This document shows, in pieces, positions 30,476 through 45,152 of a DNA stretch of 64,000 nt (the first letter of the stretch is position 1; each line of letters opens with the position of its first letter). The position numbers and the translations under genes were made by a program. The notes under the pieces were generated by a model that did no database searches, was not told the DNA's origin, and worked only from the letters and a program-made list of their open reading frames with translations. Origin of the DNA: the human T2T-CHM13v2.0 reference genome, Homo sapiens. The DNA lies in assembly GCF_009914755.1 (NCBI RefSeq), contig NC_060935.1. One strand, written 5' to 3'.

Positions 30476-30671
30476 AAGATCAAGTTGATTTTAAACTGAG
30501 GTTGAGAAATGGTGGGAAGTTTTCAGAAGCTATGACTGAACCTGACACCACATTACCATTTTGATACGTCTTAAGAGCTAGTGAGAAATATATGTGGATG
30601 TTATGAATCAATACTTTTGGTTAGGAAAAGGAACGTCTATGTCTACTTGAATTAAAGAACTTAGTTACTAG

Positions 30672-30990
30672 ATGTGTCAGTCAAGGTAAGCTACCTGCTG
30701 AAACATGCCACTCCCAAATCTCAGTGGCTTAACACATAAAGGTTTACTTTTCCCTCCCCTCTCTACCCGTCATTCAGGATCTGAGGCTCCTTCCATCTAG
30801 GGGCGTCATCATTTTCTAGGGTCTTGGAGTTCTCTGCATCCAGCTGACAGATGAAAGACAAGAGAGTAAAGATGGTTTTAAGGGAAGTTTCACTTCTGCC
30901 CACATTTCATTGTGCAGAACTCAGTCACAGGCTACAACTACTGCACAGAAGGCCAGAAATATTAGCTGTATGCCCAAAGAGGAGAGAAAA
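30672..30990. mobile_element. Old MLT1 (J/K-like) LTR fragment
   Basis: cccaaatctcagtggcttaacac...cacttctgcccacatttcattg motifs. Confidence 0.5.
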
Positions 30991-33900
30991 ATTCCAAGTT
31001 AGCAGATCATATTGAAAGCATTCTTACCTTACATATTATAAGTGGTTTCATTATAGCCTGCTCTTTACACCATCCCCAAATGGCTTATTTCCTATGGCTG
31101 GTTTCCATAGCATTAGTATCTCCATTGAGTAACAGCAGAGTCCTTTATCATGATCCTTTGTTGTTGTTTTCCTTCCACTGCTTCCACCTCTGATGTGGGA
31201 GATTTTCCAAACCCTCTAGAACTATAGCCTAGGGCCAACTGACTATCGCTAAACAAATACCTATAATCAAACTAAGGTATTGTTACCATAGATGTAGAAA
31301 GTACATAATTACATTATAGAGGAAAGTTGCTCTTTTCACTTCCCTGGAATTATAAACATTGTGTACAGCTGGAGCCAGGAGGTGGTTGCCATAACAACCA
31401 TGGGAAAGCTAAAAATAGCCCCTTTCATAACTGTATTGCTTAAGGTGGAATTATGACATGTTATGGTGTTTTAGGGCAAGTAATTCTCTTTCATGTGCTG
31501 AATGTTTGCAAACTTTCTTCCACAAAGCAATATTTGTACAATGTAAGTATTTGGATTGCTGGTTCTAATTATACACCTGACCCCTATGTTCTAAGATTCT
31601 TTTTGACATAGATCTCTATTTTTATAGGTTTCTCAGTCTTCGTGAGCATCTGTTACAGAACTGTCTGTGCCAATTTCAGTATTATATTTAAGCTTTAATA
31701 TATATATATAATGACAACCCTCCCCCTCAAGAGCCTGCTTTTGTACTCCTTGATATGAAGTGGAAATGTGAAGAATTGGGATGGAATTTTTTTTTTTTTG
31801 TACATTCTTCCTTGGCTACAATCAAATTCTGTATGCAGTTAGCAGTCCCCACTAGGATTAACCCTGCAGTTCCGGTTCCTCATAGCAGCAGGTCTCTCTT
31901 CCCACCTGCACTGTGGGACAGTGATGAGGTTTCTAAGGAAGGTAGAAAACAGTGACTTACTTCAAAGGAGACCTATTACGTCCTCTATGACAGTAGAATT
32001 TTTATAGAGGTGTGGACAAGGATACCACAACAGTCTGATAGAATATTAAAGCACTTATAAAATAAAGGCTTGGCAATTTTTTTTTAATCCAGGTGACAAT
32101 TAAGGGAGTCTTATTGGGAATTTCACAGGTCTGAGGGAATTCCATGAGAGAGCATATCTATAGGAAGCTGTAAGTGTGAGGGACTGAGTTTTATAGAGTT
32201 GGGCGAATTTAATGTCTGGCTTGTGGGAGGACTAGTAATTAAAGAGAATATGTTTATATGAAAAGGTACTTTCCTGTCAGCAATTGGTGTTTTCTGCTTT
32301 GGGTTTTTTCGCAACATTTTAGTTCTAGTAGATCCTCAGTAATTTGTACCACTGAGACAGCATTGTGTGGCTGTTAGCAAGTAAGCAGTATAATGAATTA
32401 AGAATGTTGCATTACAGAAAACATTGCTTGACTTGTTTATTTGGATATTTGTCATAACAAACTAGAAAATGCGCTGAAGTATGAGCAACATGAGTCTTCA
32501 TTATAGAACTTCAGCAAAAATTCTTAATGTACCTTCCAATCTTAGAATTGTTCCCGAGTCCCCAGAAAATGAGAGATTAACCAGGGTTTAGTTTCATGTT
32601 TGTTTCTGTGTGCAATTAAGCGCAGCCCATTTTGTCCTTCTGCTTGATATAACAGAGTTGTCATGAGTCTGGCTGTGCCATGGAAACTGGTTTGACGTCA
32701 CTAATTCTGCTTAGATGGAGGATTAGAGCTAGACAACACGGTTGATTTAAAGGGCGAGTCTTTTGTGCCTTGCAGTCCCAAATGCTCAGCCCCGTTTCTA
32801 CATAGAGAACAGATACTGTATACAGTACAAAGATTGAGGCAGGCTACACCAGTATATTAGCTGTGATTCAGACAGAACTAAGTTGAATATTATTGCCTTT
32901 GGAAAGAAAGAGCGAGAGAGTTTTACACTGTTGTGTGTGTGGGTGTGGGAGGAAGGTTTTTGTTAGACAAATATGTGAGCTTAATGGTAGGACAGAGATT
33001 TGTAGAAGGGCTATTTTCTCTACTGTCACTTTGGTACAATTTTAAATGCTACTCTTTTATTTACTTAGGTCGAGTGCATTCTTGCTTTATCATTTATTAG
33101 TCTTAGATTTGTTTTCATGTGTTTTAGCATGCAAATACTGTATTTTGTATGAAGTACCCTCAAACTCTGACTTTTCACTAATTCAAAGCAACTCCACCTC
33201 CTAGAAGTTTTCAATAGGATTAGAATACTTGAGAAACAAAATCTTAGTTGCCTTAAGGAGCAAACAAGTAAGGGAGGATGACTGCATGAATGTGACATTG
33301 GATAATTGATCTGTATTGTATTTTAATATGGGAAAGGAACTTTTATTATCTTTAAATGACTTTTCCTGTACTTAGATCATTGCTTTGGTGAGTGAAGTTT
33401 TAAGGGTCTGTTTTGATCAGGTCAAGATTTAATTTTTAAAGTGCACTTGATAATGTTAAATTTTACCTTTTACAGATTTTTAAATTGCATTTTGTTAGCG
33501 AGAAATGAAATTTAAAATGTAAGGTTTCTGTTCAAGGGCACATATAACAACCCCAGCTAACTTGAGTATAATGGAGCATTTAATCCAGCTGTTAGGCCAA
33601 GCAGTGATAGGCTGCAGCTTCAGTGGAAAGCCTCATTTTTCTGCATCTACTTCAAACTAGTTGTGTCTTCACTTGCTGTGAATGAGTTTGGACATAGCTG
33701 TTCCCAGTTATGTGAGAAAAGGTTAAAATAAAACACTACCCATACCTACAAGGATGCTTAGGATGCAGGAGAAGGGTTGACTTGTCAAGATTGAGGGTTA
33801 CTTCTTAGAAAGCATATTGTGTTGCATACGATACAATAGCTCTCTTAGTTTTCACTTGATTGGGATCTGCTCCCAGTTTAAAGGTGATACATTCCAATAT

Positions 33901-35734
33901 GTCATAAATATTTTTCTCTCTCTTTTCATAGATTTGTTGAGATAAATTTCACATACTGAACAATCTACCCATTAAAGTATACACTTTAATGGTTTTTAGG
34001 GTATTCACAGAGCTGTGCAACTATCACCACAGTCTAATTTTTGAACATTATCAATACCCCAAAAAAGATAAAGATATTTTAAATATTACAAATTAATACT
34101 AAATTAAAAATCTCCTGTAACAAAAGTGGTTTTTCTATTTTCATCAAAGGAATTTCTCAGAAATATAGATAAAATGAAAGGACTAGATATTCATTGCTAA
34201 TTTACCAGTTTTTATGTTCGAATTGTTGGGTTCTAACTCCTGATACAAATTCTTACCTTAAAATTTAAAAAGAAAAGACTTTTCTGCTTCTGAGGAAGAC
34301 ACAGACAAAAAATACCAGAATGATATAATTAACCCATTGACTACTTATTTCCAACTTTATTCAAAACCCTCCTAATATTTTTAAATTTGAAATGTAATTT
34401 TTATCATCAAAATCTTAATGGGTTTCACAGTTTAGGAAGGCACATAATACTAATAAGGACTTCTGTTAAACAACAACAACAACTTCTTTCCAGTGACACA
34501 GACTAAGCTGAGGACTCCCACTTCCCTTTGATGGTTGAAGTGGCATCTCACCTAGAGGCTGGCAGATGGAGCGGGTGACTTTTGGGGATTATTTCATTTC
34601 AGATTTATGCCTAAAATAACTTAAATGCCATTTAATCATGTATCCTTTATTATTTTGCATAAAGGGGGTCTTTATAGTCCCTTTTTTAAGCTAAAAAAAT
34701 AGGTGTTGGGAAGTAAATTCAGACAAAGAACAATGAGAAAGTGGGTTAAGGAAAGGAACCTAGTATGGGAGATAGGAGGTGGGTGGGATCAGGTTGCAGT
34801 GGCTGAAAAAGGGGAATCCTCTGAGAAGAATGGATTTGAGGGGAAGATATGGTAGCTGTGACACTCCTAAACCATAATTCTACACTTTACCTAACCTATA
34901 CATACTTTTTAACAACTGGTATCTTTATAGCATTGCTTTTCTCAAGCTAATTTTCACTTTTTTGTAGAATTAGAAATTCCTGGTAACTTTGATTTTAAAC
35001 TTTCAGTAGTCTCTAAAAGTTACAGTAACAGTTGAGCTTTGCCTTTTGGCAAAAGACACAGTTTGATGAACTAGAGTCACATAATTTTAGAGTCAACTCT
35101 TTGTTGGTGCCCAAGTATCTACAACCCAGGGAAAGTAGAAGTAGACAGTAGAAGTAGAATCTACAACCCAAGGAAAGGACATAGCCATTCACTCATTGCC
35201 AGAAAGTTTTATTAAGTACCTGTTGGTTATGTGCTCAGTACCGTGTGGAATATTTTGAGGGAAAGTGGGCTATTATATCCAGAAGCTTATGGTTTTGTTG
35301 GGGGGAGGAGAGAATGTTTATATACATAGAATGATTAAATCCTACAGTAAAGTAGTATGTGACGATATGTTAAAATAAAGGTGTATGCAGGGAATATAAA
35401 AGATCTGTAAGTAAAAATTCTCAGCACTGTGGCTAGAGAAGACCTCAGAGGGTAGAGATCAACTCGAGGAGACTGGAGATCTGATCTGGTTATGCCCTGG
35501 GTTACTAAGACTGGGAAATGAGCTAATCGTGAAGAAGAGCTATTTTTAGTTGATTGAATTATGTCTCATTTACTGACCAAGCATAGCACATACTGATGAA
35601 AGGCAGGGAGAGATATGTGGTAGAAAAACAGCTACATTATTCTGTTTCGAATAATTATATATCTCAATCTGTAATTCACAAACAACTGCATACTGTGGCT
35701 TCACTCCTTTTACACGGTACATTTTCCTTTTTAG

Positions 35735-35816
35735 ATCCAAAGGGGCTATTCTGAACATTTCATCTGGCAGTGGCATGCTCCCTGTCCCACTCTTGACCAT
35801 CTATTCTGCAACCAAG
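35735..35816 (+). CDS. HSD17B12: HSD17B12 coding exon (probably exon 8), (R)SKGAILNISSGSGMLPVPLLTIYSATK, with catalytic Ser and YxxxK
   Basis: ttttcctttttag| acceptor, AAG|gtaaaa donor; 82 nt, completes the split Arg codon; SDR YSATK motif. Confidence 0.97.
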
Positions 35817-37416
35817 GTAAAAAATATTTTCTTAAATCATGTCAATATAGTAATAAGGGGTAATTTTTAGTCTGAGAAATTAACGTAGATTTAACTTTCC
35901 TGAAGTTCTGTTCTTGGCAGTTTTCCAGTAGACTGAGAAGAAAAGGAAAATACCCTACTTGAGTTTCAAAAGAACCAGAGTTGGAGACATACTATATACT
36001 TACAATAAACTTAATGTAAACTTACAAATGGGACACCAGGATATCAGATTCACAGATGCTGTTTTTCTCCCCCCAGCACTCTACTGATTTTGAAAGTGAT
36101 ACTTGTGCCTTCCATAGACAGGTGACCTAGGCAGATAGCTTAGTTAATTAGAACATGATGTTAATGAGTCTAAGATTGGAGATTTGATACATGAATGAGT
36201 CCACTTCACACAGCATAGAAGAAATGCATCTAGTCAATGTGTAAATGTACATAGCAGGCACAAGATAGACTGGGCGAGAGTGTATTTTGCCATGTTGTCC
36301 AGGATTCATAGATATTCTTTGTCACTTTTGGGGTGAGACAAGAATTTTCCAGAACTCTCTGGACAATGTCATAATTTCATACAATATCACCATTAACCTC
36401 TTCACATTACTGATAGGAAAGTAATTTAGAATGAGTCTCCTACTGCCTGCAGGTCAATGGCGTCATCTTCAGATACATTGTTGAGGCATTGAATACATCT
36501 CTGAAGGGAAAATGATCACTTAGATGTTGAAATTAAGCAGGCTTTTAGGGAAAAATAAACAAAAATATGTACAGTAAGAACTTGAAACATTTCAGGGAAG
36601 GAAAAGAGCAAAACTCCGACTTCTTTTTCATGTGAAAAAACAGTCACCACTGTCTTTTGAAAAGCTTGGTACCACCTCCCAGCCCCTACAATCTACTTTC
36701 TGTATCTGGGAACATACTGTAGGCAAATTTAAAATGAATGCCATGTTTCTTGAAGGGATTCGTGAACTTCAACTTATCTGTTCTACTCCATGGCTACAAA
36801 ACTATGACTAATTAGGACCCTTGAAAAGTCACTTGATTCTTTGCATTTCTAGTCTGAGGTTGCGTCCACATTTGAAAAATGGCACATTGTATTTTACAAA
36901 TAGATTTAAGGTTGTATTATCAGAAGAAGATGGGCTGTCACATTCACCTCTATACTTCTTGGATCTTGTCATCCCAAAGCACCAAGAGGATGCTTGTTCT
37001 GTTCTTTTTAGCAACAACAAAATCCCCATAGAACAGAGTTGAATGGACTTCATCTTGTGTTTCTATTTGAGTGGCAAGTGGAGAGATGAAATGAGTCTTT
37101 TGTTATATAAGAGAAAAATATTTTTTCTTGGAAAGTAATTTTCTGAGGGGAGAAAAAGATAAGAAAAGCCTTTTCCAGTTAAATCAAAATTTGATCTGGA
37201 TATTATATTTGGTAATATAATACTTCATTTAGTGGCAGATAAAAACAGCTTGAGGTTTTCAGGTGTTTTTCTAAGTTCTCTTCTGCGTTTGAAATGAAAA
37301 AAATGATGAGAAATTATAGCATTAAATGATTAGTTTATTATTTTGTTTCCATGGCTACAAATCAGGCAGATTGATGTAATGTGTGTGTTTTCTTCTCACT
37401 CCCACTCCCCTCCCAG

Positions 37417-37482
37417 ACTTTTGTAGATTTCTTCTCTCAGTGCCTCCATGAGGAGTATAGGAGCAAGGGCGTCTTTGTGCAG
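37417..37482 (+). CDS. HSD17B12: HSD17B12 coding exon (probably exon 9), TFVDFFSQCLHEEYRSKGVFVQ
   Basis: cccctcccag| acceptor, CAG|gtgagt donor; 66 nt. Confidence 0.97.
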
Positions 37483-37784
37483 GTGAGTGGAGTTTGTTTC
37501 ACTTAAGTATCCCTGTTTTTGTGTGGTTTCCAGAGCAACTGTTGCTGTCTTGGCAATAACAAAAAAAATCATATTCCTAAGTAAGTGAATGTGACATTAG
37601 CACACCATTAAAAACGTGGTTTCTTTTTCCTTAATGCACTTGTCTAGATTTTTAAAAAATTATCCCCTAGAATTTTCAAGTAGGGATACCTAAAGTGGAA
37701 CTAAATGCAGTATAAATAGCTGAAGCATACTTTTTAAGTTCTTAGGGTTTTATTTTGAGAGACCGAGACTATCGGCATCTCTCT

Positions 37785-38975
37785 CTTTTTTAATTGTGGT
37801 AAAATAAACATAAAATTTACCATTTTCATCATTTTTAATATGCAGTTCAATGGCATTAAGTACATTCACATATCGTGCAACCATTGTCACCGTCCATCTC
37901 CAGAACTTTTTTCATCTTCCAAAACTGAAACTCTGTACCCATCAAACATGAACTCCCCATTTCCCCTTCCCTCCAGCCCCTGGCAACCTATCTATCTCTA
38001 TGAATTTGACTACTCTTAGTACCTCATATGGGTGGAATCATACAGTATTTGATCTTTTGTGACTGGATTATTTCACTTAGCATGTCTTCAGAGTTCATCC
38101 ATGTTGAAGTATGTGTCGGAATTTTCTTCCTTTTCAAGGCTGAATAAAATGCCATTGTATATAGACCACATTTTGCTTATCCATTTACATGTTAGTGGGC
38201 ATCTGGGTTGTTTCTACCTGTTGGGTATTGTAAATAATGCTAATATGAGCATGAGTGTACAAATATCTCTTGCAAACTCTGTTTTCAATTCTTTTGTATA
38301 TGTATACAGAAGTGGAATTGCTGGGTCATATGGTAATTCTGTTTTAAATTTTTTGAAGAACTTAGCTATTTTCCATGTCAGCTACACCAGTTTACACTTC
38401 CACTGGCAGTGTGCAGAGTTCCAGTTTCTCCACATCTTCACCAACACTTGTTATTTTCTATTTTGTTTGTTTTTTTATAATAGCCATCATAACGGGTATG
38501 AAGTGGTATCTCATTGTGGTTTTGATTTGCTTTTCCCTGATGATTAGTGATATTGAGCATTTTTTCATGAGTTTATTTGGTCATTTGCCTATCACCTTTG
38601 AAGAAATGTCTATTCCAGTCCTTTGCATATGTTTAATAAAATCGTGTTGTTTGGTTTCTTGTCATTGGGTTGTAGGAATGATCTATATATTCTGGATGTT
38701 GTCCCATTTTAGATACATGATTTGCAAAGATTTTCTCCCACTTCGTGAGTTGCCATTTTATTCTGTCTTTAGTCTGCATAATATCTTTTTATTCACAAAA
38801 GTTTTTAATTTTGATGTAGTCCAGTTTATCTATTTTTTATTTTGTTGCTGGTGCTTTTGGTGTCAAATCCAAGAAATGCTTGCCAAATCCAGTGTCATGA
38901 AGCTTTTCCCCTGTTTTCCTGTAAGAGTTTTCTAGTTCTAGCTCTTTGATCCATTTTGAGTTAACTTTTATATAC
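37785..38975 (-). mobile_element. L1MB 3' fragment
   Basis: ttttaattgtggtaaaat...catctccagaactttttt L1MB 3' end; explains ORFs 38059..38547 and 38375..38935. Confidence 0.88.
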
Positions 38976-39279
38976 CTTTGAGTTTATTATGTAGCTAGCA
39001 GATATAATGCTGTGAAAACACAAAATATGAGAGAAAGCAAATATAGGAGTTTTGATGGTTGGCAATTTCAAATTAACCATTCTTCAATTGAAAGAAATAG
39101 TATTTCCATGCTCAGGCACTTTTAAAAAATGTCTTGGGAGAAGTTGCAATTTGTACCTCTTTGCTGCTCCTGCCTATCAGCTACCCCACCTCTGTGCACG
39201 TCTGGTGTTCATTGTGGCTTTCATTCCTGTGAGGCAAGTATTTCACTTTTTGTATCCTGAAGCCACAAATGATCGATCA

Positions 39280-39510
39280 AAATAATAATAGTGAATATTT
39301 GAGTGGATACTTTTCAGGTACAGTGCTAAACACTTTAATATGTATCATTTCACTGCATCTCATAACAATCTCATACAATGGTGTGATGATGATTATTATT
39401 ATTTTTAATTGCAGAAATTGGGGCTTAGAGAGGGTAAGCCACTTGCCCATGTTGAACTGGGACTCAAATCTGGGTCTGTTTGGCACTAAAGCCTTTGTTC
39501 TTAACCACTA
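39280..39510 (-). mobile_element. MIR
   Basis: cagtgctaaacacttta...gaaattggggcttagagagggtaag...tcttaaccact. Confidence 0.65.
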
Positions 39511-42194
39511 GGCTACTTGCTCCAGGCCTGTAAGTCAACATTGAACACTTACTGGATCCATCTGTGCTCAGGGAGTGATGGAACCAGAAGGTGGTTGGTT
39601 AGTTCCATTTCCTCCTTTATGCCTGTAGAGCATCAAGATGGGTGTAAATGTCATGTAGATGTAGCTTCTAAACCTTTTTATTGAGTAGATACTGGTGGGA
39701 GCTAAGTCACCTACTGTGAGATAGAATGGTAATGAAAGGAAGGGGGGATGACTGTTTCCTCATCTTCCAGGATCATCTAAGAGCCTGCTTCCTCTAAACC
39801 CCGACCTGAGCTTTCATCCAAGGGAAGCTTAGATGTCATAGCCACTTGGTGTTATTTCTGACTTGCAGCTTCCCATATGTATAGGTTTCATTCGGAAGGA
39901 CATGTGTTCTAGAATCCTGGATTTTATACTAAATTACTGTACTCTCTTTTTCCCCTTTCCTTGACACCAGTCATTTTAATGTTAGTAATGCGAATGTTCT
40001 ATGTAGAATATGTTGTATTTTAGTAACAAGGACACCAGTAAAATGTTCTTGAGAAGCTATTACATTCCATGAGAAGGTATTCATGGGAAGGTATCACATG
40101 CCAGGCAATGGTATACCATTTTCTTTCTGATGAATCTAATTGTAATCACACTATTAACTGAATAGTTTGTAAACACCTATTGCGACTAGGCAGGAATCCT
40201 AAAAAGGTCCATTGGTGATTGACTATAAGCAGAGTGACCAGAAGCTGTAAGTGTCTCAGTGACAGAAGGTAGCATTAGGCCTTGTGAACAGACAATCAAT
40301 TTCTAAAATTCCGTTAATAAGCAAGACTGTCTCCTCTCTCATTCTCACAACTTGTTTCCCTCAAAGATCTTTTCTCCAGATTTTCCACCTAGTAATCTGG
40401 TGTGACTAGAAGCTACTGTAAAAACACATTAGCATTTGTCTTCTGAAATATTTTATTTTGATAAACTTTTGTTTTTCCCTAATAATGAAGTATAAACTGT
40501 CATTTCATCTGTCATTGTGTTTTGTCATATGAATTCATTCAAGGTTTAAACTTTGAATGAATTTGATGAAAAAATAAAGACTCAAATGTTTGTGAGGGAA
40601 AGCACAGTCGTCATTCTGTGTGAATACATCAGAATGTTGAAGTAGAATAGAAAGAGAACCTCTTATTAATTCTGATCAAAGGGGCAAAAAAAATGTAGTC
40701 TAAATGAAGCTCAGAGTTAAAAATGATTGGTTTTTCTTTGGCGGTGTTTATGCCCACAAATTTTTTGGACTAGGAGTATTTATCAGCTGATTCTGCCTCG
40801 TACTCCAGCCCACACATGTTTCCTGGGTGATCTTATTAAAATACAAATCAGATAATGTTGCTTTCCTTCCTAGTCCTCCAGTGGCTGCCCATAAGGTTTA
40901 GGATTAAATTCGAACTCCACAAGGCCATCTCCTTTCTTGCCACTCCATTGTCCTCCCCGACGTTCAGGCCAGAGTGGACATCCCAGTGTCTAGTACATGC
41001 TCTGCCCTCTGAAGTGCCCATGACTGGCTCCTCTGTTGGCATCCTTTCCCCAACTCCTCTCCAGTTCTTCTCACTGTATCTCCTCCCAGCCCTATTTGCA
41101 CCTGAACCCTATGGCTGCTGTCCCTCTCTCAAGGCTTGGGCCACAGTTCCCCTGCCCTGGAAAGCCTTCTCTCAGCTCCTTGGCACATTTGGTTAGGCCT
41201 TTCTTTGGGCTCTCGTTGGAGCTCCTTGTATACCTCTGCCTGCTACTGTCTGGCCCTTCCCTGTCTCCCCACTTCCATGTATTCTCGAGAACAGGGCTTT
41301 TTATCTTATTTGTCTCTGTGTTGCTGGCGGCACTTGTTGTTTGTGGTAAACGGGAGACCCACCTTTTCCATGGCATCACAGAAAACTCTGGTTGTGCATG
41401 GTCAAGCTTTGTGGTACACAGGCATCTGTTTTGATGGCTTTTTGAGCTTCTTCTATTGCTCCCATATGCTCCTGGCCTTGAATTTTCAGCCTCTTTATCT
41501 GAATGGCTTCTAGACTAATGCTATGTGGCCATGTTTCCATTTTTTTCTAAGCCTTGCAAAGAATGCTATCTTTTTAGGTCTACCTCCGTGTGAATGTACA
41601 TCAGATTGCTCTTTTGGGGAAGGAAGAGGGTATATTGTTCAAATTCTAGATTGTTTCAGATTACTTCTTAATATTTTTCTTTTGCATTTCTCTCCCCATC
41701 TTTCCCTCAACTTCTTAACTTCTTTCCTATAATTTTATAAGATCATTTAAAATTGCCTTCAAGAATTCAGATTTGCCATTATATAATCATTTCCTGGGAA
41801 TGCAAAAACACAGTAACAACAACAAGTGATGTAAATGCCCTGGAGGTGAATGATGGGCCTGAGAGACTATTTGATTTTGAACAGAGGATGAGAAGCACAT
41901 TCTCAAGGAAACCTTATCATAAGTGTAGTCTGTTGATGAGGACTGTTTGTTCTCATTACCTTATAATTAAAGTCCAGTCAAAAAAAAAAAAAGACACTTG
42001 TGTCTTTCAAAAGGCAAAATTATTATAAGTAATTTGACTGGCTAGGTAGTGGGCCCTAGCCCTGGGCTCCTTCTGTCTACCCTGTACTGACTAGCAGTTA
42101 ATACTGAGCAAGCAGGAAGTAGCTAAGACTAAGACTAAATCCTAAAACTATACCTCTTGAACTCTTATTCTGCAAAATTTTCATAAGCCTTCTG

Positions 42195-43310
42195 TTTTTA
42201 AAAAAATTATTTGGAAATAATTTCAAGTCTACAGAAAAGTTACAAGAATAAAAATAGTGCAGACAATACTCTGATACCCTTTGCTTAGATTTCTTACTGT
42301 TAACATTTTACCGCATTTGTCTTATCATTGGAGAGTAAGTGCAAACATTATGGTCCTTCAATTCTAAATTCTTGAGTGTGTACTTCTGAAAAATAAGGGG
42401 TTGTTTGTTTGTTTGTTTGTTTGTTGTTTGAAGACAGGTTCTCACTCTGTCACCCAGGCTGGAGTGTAGTGGAGCTATCATGGCTCACTAGAGCCTTGAC
42501 CTCCCAGGCTCAAGTGATCCTCCCACCTCAGCCTCCTGTGTGGCTAGGACCGCAGGCACATGCCACCAAGCCTAGCATTTTTTGTTGAGACAGGGTCTCA
42601 CTTTGTCACCTAGGCTGGTCTCAAACTCCTGAGCTCAAGTAATTCTCCCGCATTGGCTTCCCAAAGTGCTGAGATTACAGGCGTGAGCCACCACACCCAA
42701 CCAGAATAAGGATATTCTCATATGTAACCACAATACCCGTATCAACTCAGATTTAACAGTGATACAATAATTTTATCTAATGTATTATTTGTGCCCAATT
42801 TTTGATCTTACAATATTCTTTATCCTCTCCTCTTCCTCCACTAAAGAATGCAATCTAGGATCAGGTGTCATATTTAGTTGTCCTGTCTCTTTTATTTCCT
42901 TTAACCTGGGATATATCTAAAACCTTTGTGTTTCATGACAGTGACATTTTTTAAGAGTACAGTATTCCTCCTTTTTAATTATACATTCCTCATTTGGGGT
43001 TTCTTTGATGCTTCCTTAGAGAAACCCAAAAGTGAGATTCGGATTATGCTTTCCGGGCCAAAATATCACATATGTATGTGATGTTGTGTCGTCAGGGCCT
43101 CACGTGGGGAGACACAGAAGATCCATCTGCTCTTCATTGGTGGCGATGTTTCTGATCCCCCACTCTAGGTGTTACCCAACTTCTCTGCCATATAATTACT
43201 ATTATTTCCCTTGCACTAACAAGCAACTGTGGGGAGACCCTAAAACTGTGCAAATATTTTGGCCCTTATCAAAATTTCCCCTAGATGTAGCATCAGTGAT
43301 GTTTCTTCAC
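42195..43310 (-). mobile_element. Old L1M (MC/MD/ME) 3' fragment interrupted by an antisense AluJ at 42400-42702
   Basis: ggaaataatttcaagtctacagaaaagttacaag terminus; Alu with (GTTT)n tail and aataagg TSD core. Confidence 0.7.
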
Positions 43311-43800
43311 AAACCTGCCTCATAAAGAGATTTTTGATGCTAAAGAATTCCTGAAGCCCTGCCTGGATATTTCGTCATTTCAAAATGAAAAGTCACAGCT
43401 AAAGCATGGTCACAGTGTCCTCAGTCCAGGCTGTGGTTTTATGAAAACTGCATTGGTCATCGGTGTGCCTTGAGGCAGAGAGGAAAGGACACTGAGCTTG
43501 GAGTCAGCAGACCAAGGTTTGAGTTCTGCCTTCAACATCCGGTGATCATCTGACCTACAGAAAGTTGCTTCATTACTTTATGCCTTAATCTCCCCTTCTG
43601 GCAAGTGGGATAAGTGATGTGAGATAAAAGCACTCCAAGCTGGGAAATGATATATAAGGGTGAAGAAGAGAGGAAAGAGACTTATATTCATTGGATATCT
43701 ACAATATGCCCAAGTTTTCACCTCATTTGTCAACTCATTTTACATAGATATTAACCTAGTCCCATTTTACAAATAGGAAACAGGATCAACAGGAGCCCTG

Positions 43801-44100
43801 TGCTGGGCACGGTGGCTCACACCTGTAATCCCAGCACTTTGGGAGGCTGAGGCAGGCAGATCACTTGAGGTCAGGAGTTCAAGGCCAGCCTGGCCAACAT
43901 GGCGAAATCCCGTCTCTCCTAAAAATACAAAAATTAGCCAGGTGTGGTGGTGCATGCCTATAAACCCAGCTACTGTAGGGGGCTGAGGCATGAAAATGGT
44001 TTTAACCTGGGAGGCAGAGGTTGCTGTGAGCTGAGATCACACCCCTGCATACTAGCCTGGGCAACAGAACAAGACTTTGTCTCAAAAAAATAAAAATAAA
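43801..44100 (+). mobile_element. AluS
   Basis: Full dimer, TSD approximately aggag(c/t)cctg. Confidence 0.9.
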
Positions 44101-44723
44101 GAGGAGTCCTGAAACTTGCTTAAAGTCAATTTAGTTTATCAAACAGCTCCTGCCTGCTATTTATTAGACCCTTGGCTAGACATCTAGGAAACAAAGGTAA
44201 ATAAGACCCAGTCCCTGTGCTGAAGGCACACACACAGAAAAGACAAATATTTAAACACATTACACCCACAGTAAGTCCAAAACTGGAGGTATATATCATG
44301 TTCCACATGTCTTCAGTCAAGAAATATTTAGAAAGCACCTAATAATCTGGCAAAAGGCACACAGAGCCTCTGCTGTGGTTGAATTTACATTTATTGGGAG
44401 GGAGACAGACATTAAACAAATCCACAAATAAGACAATTGTATAGAGTGATACGTTCTCGAGAAGAAACTAAAAAAGAGTGATATGTTCAAGAACATGGGG
44501 AAGTGTAGAGAGAATGTACTGATCTTGGTGTGAGTAACTCCGTCTGCAGTGCCATCCTGTTTCTCAAAGAGGTGTTGCTCTCCGTCACGCAGTTTCCTTC
44601 CTTTGACCTGGGAGGCCGGGTCTCTGGAAATGCTCTTAACAAGGAGATCATCTGCCAAGGGACACCATCCCCTGAGGTTTTCTTTACCAGAAGAAAGGTG
44701 GGGATGCAGATAGAGGCCATCTA

Positions 44724-45152
<429 letters not shown>

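Noticed and set aside
38059-38935. Longest ORFs in the track (162 and 186 aa)
   Set aside because: They lie on the antisense strand of a decayed L1MB fragment, with no splice context or recognisable protein.
40848-41513. Several overlapping 95-132 aa ORFs
   Set aside because: Pyrimidine-rich, partly L2-like stop-poor sequence with no recognisable domain.
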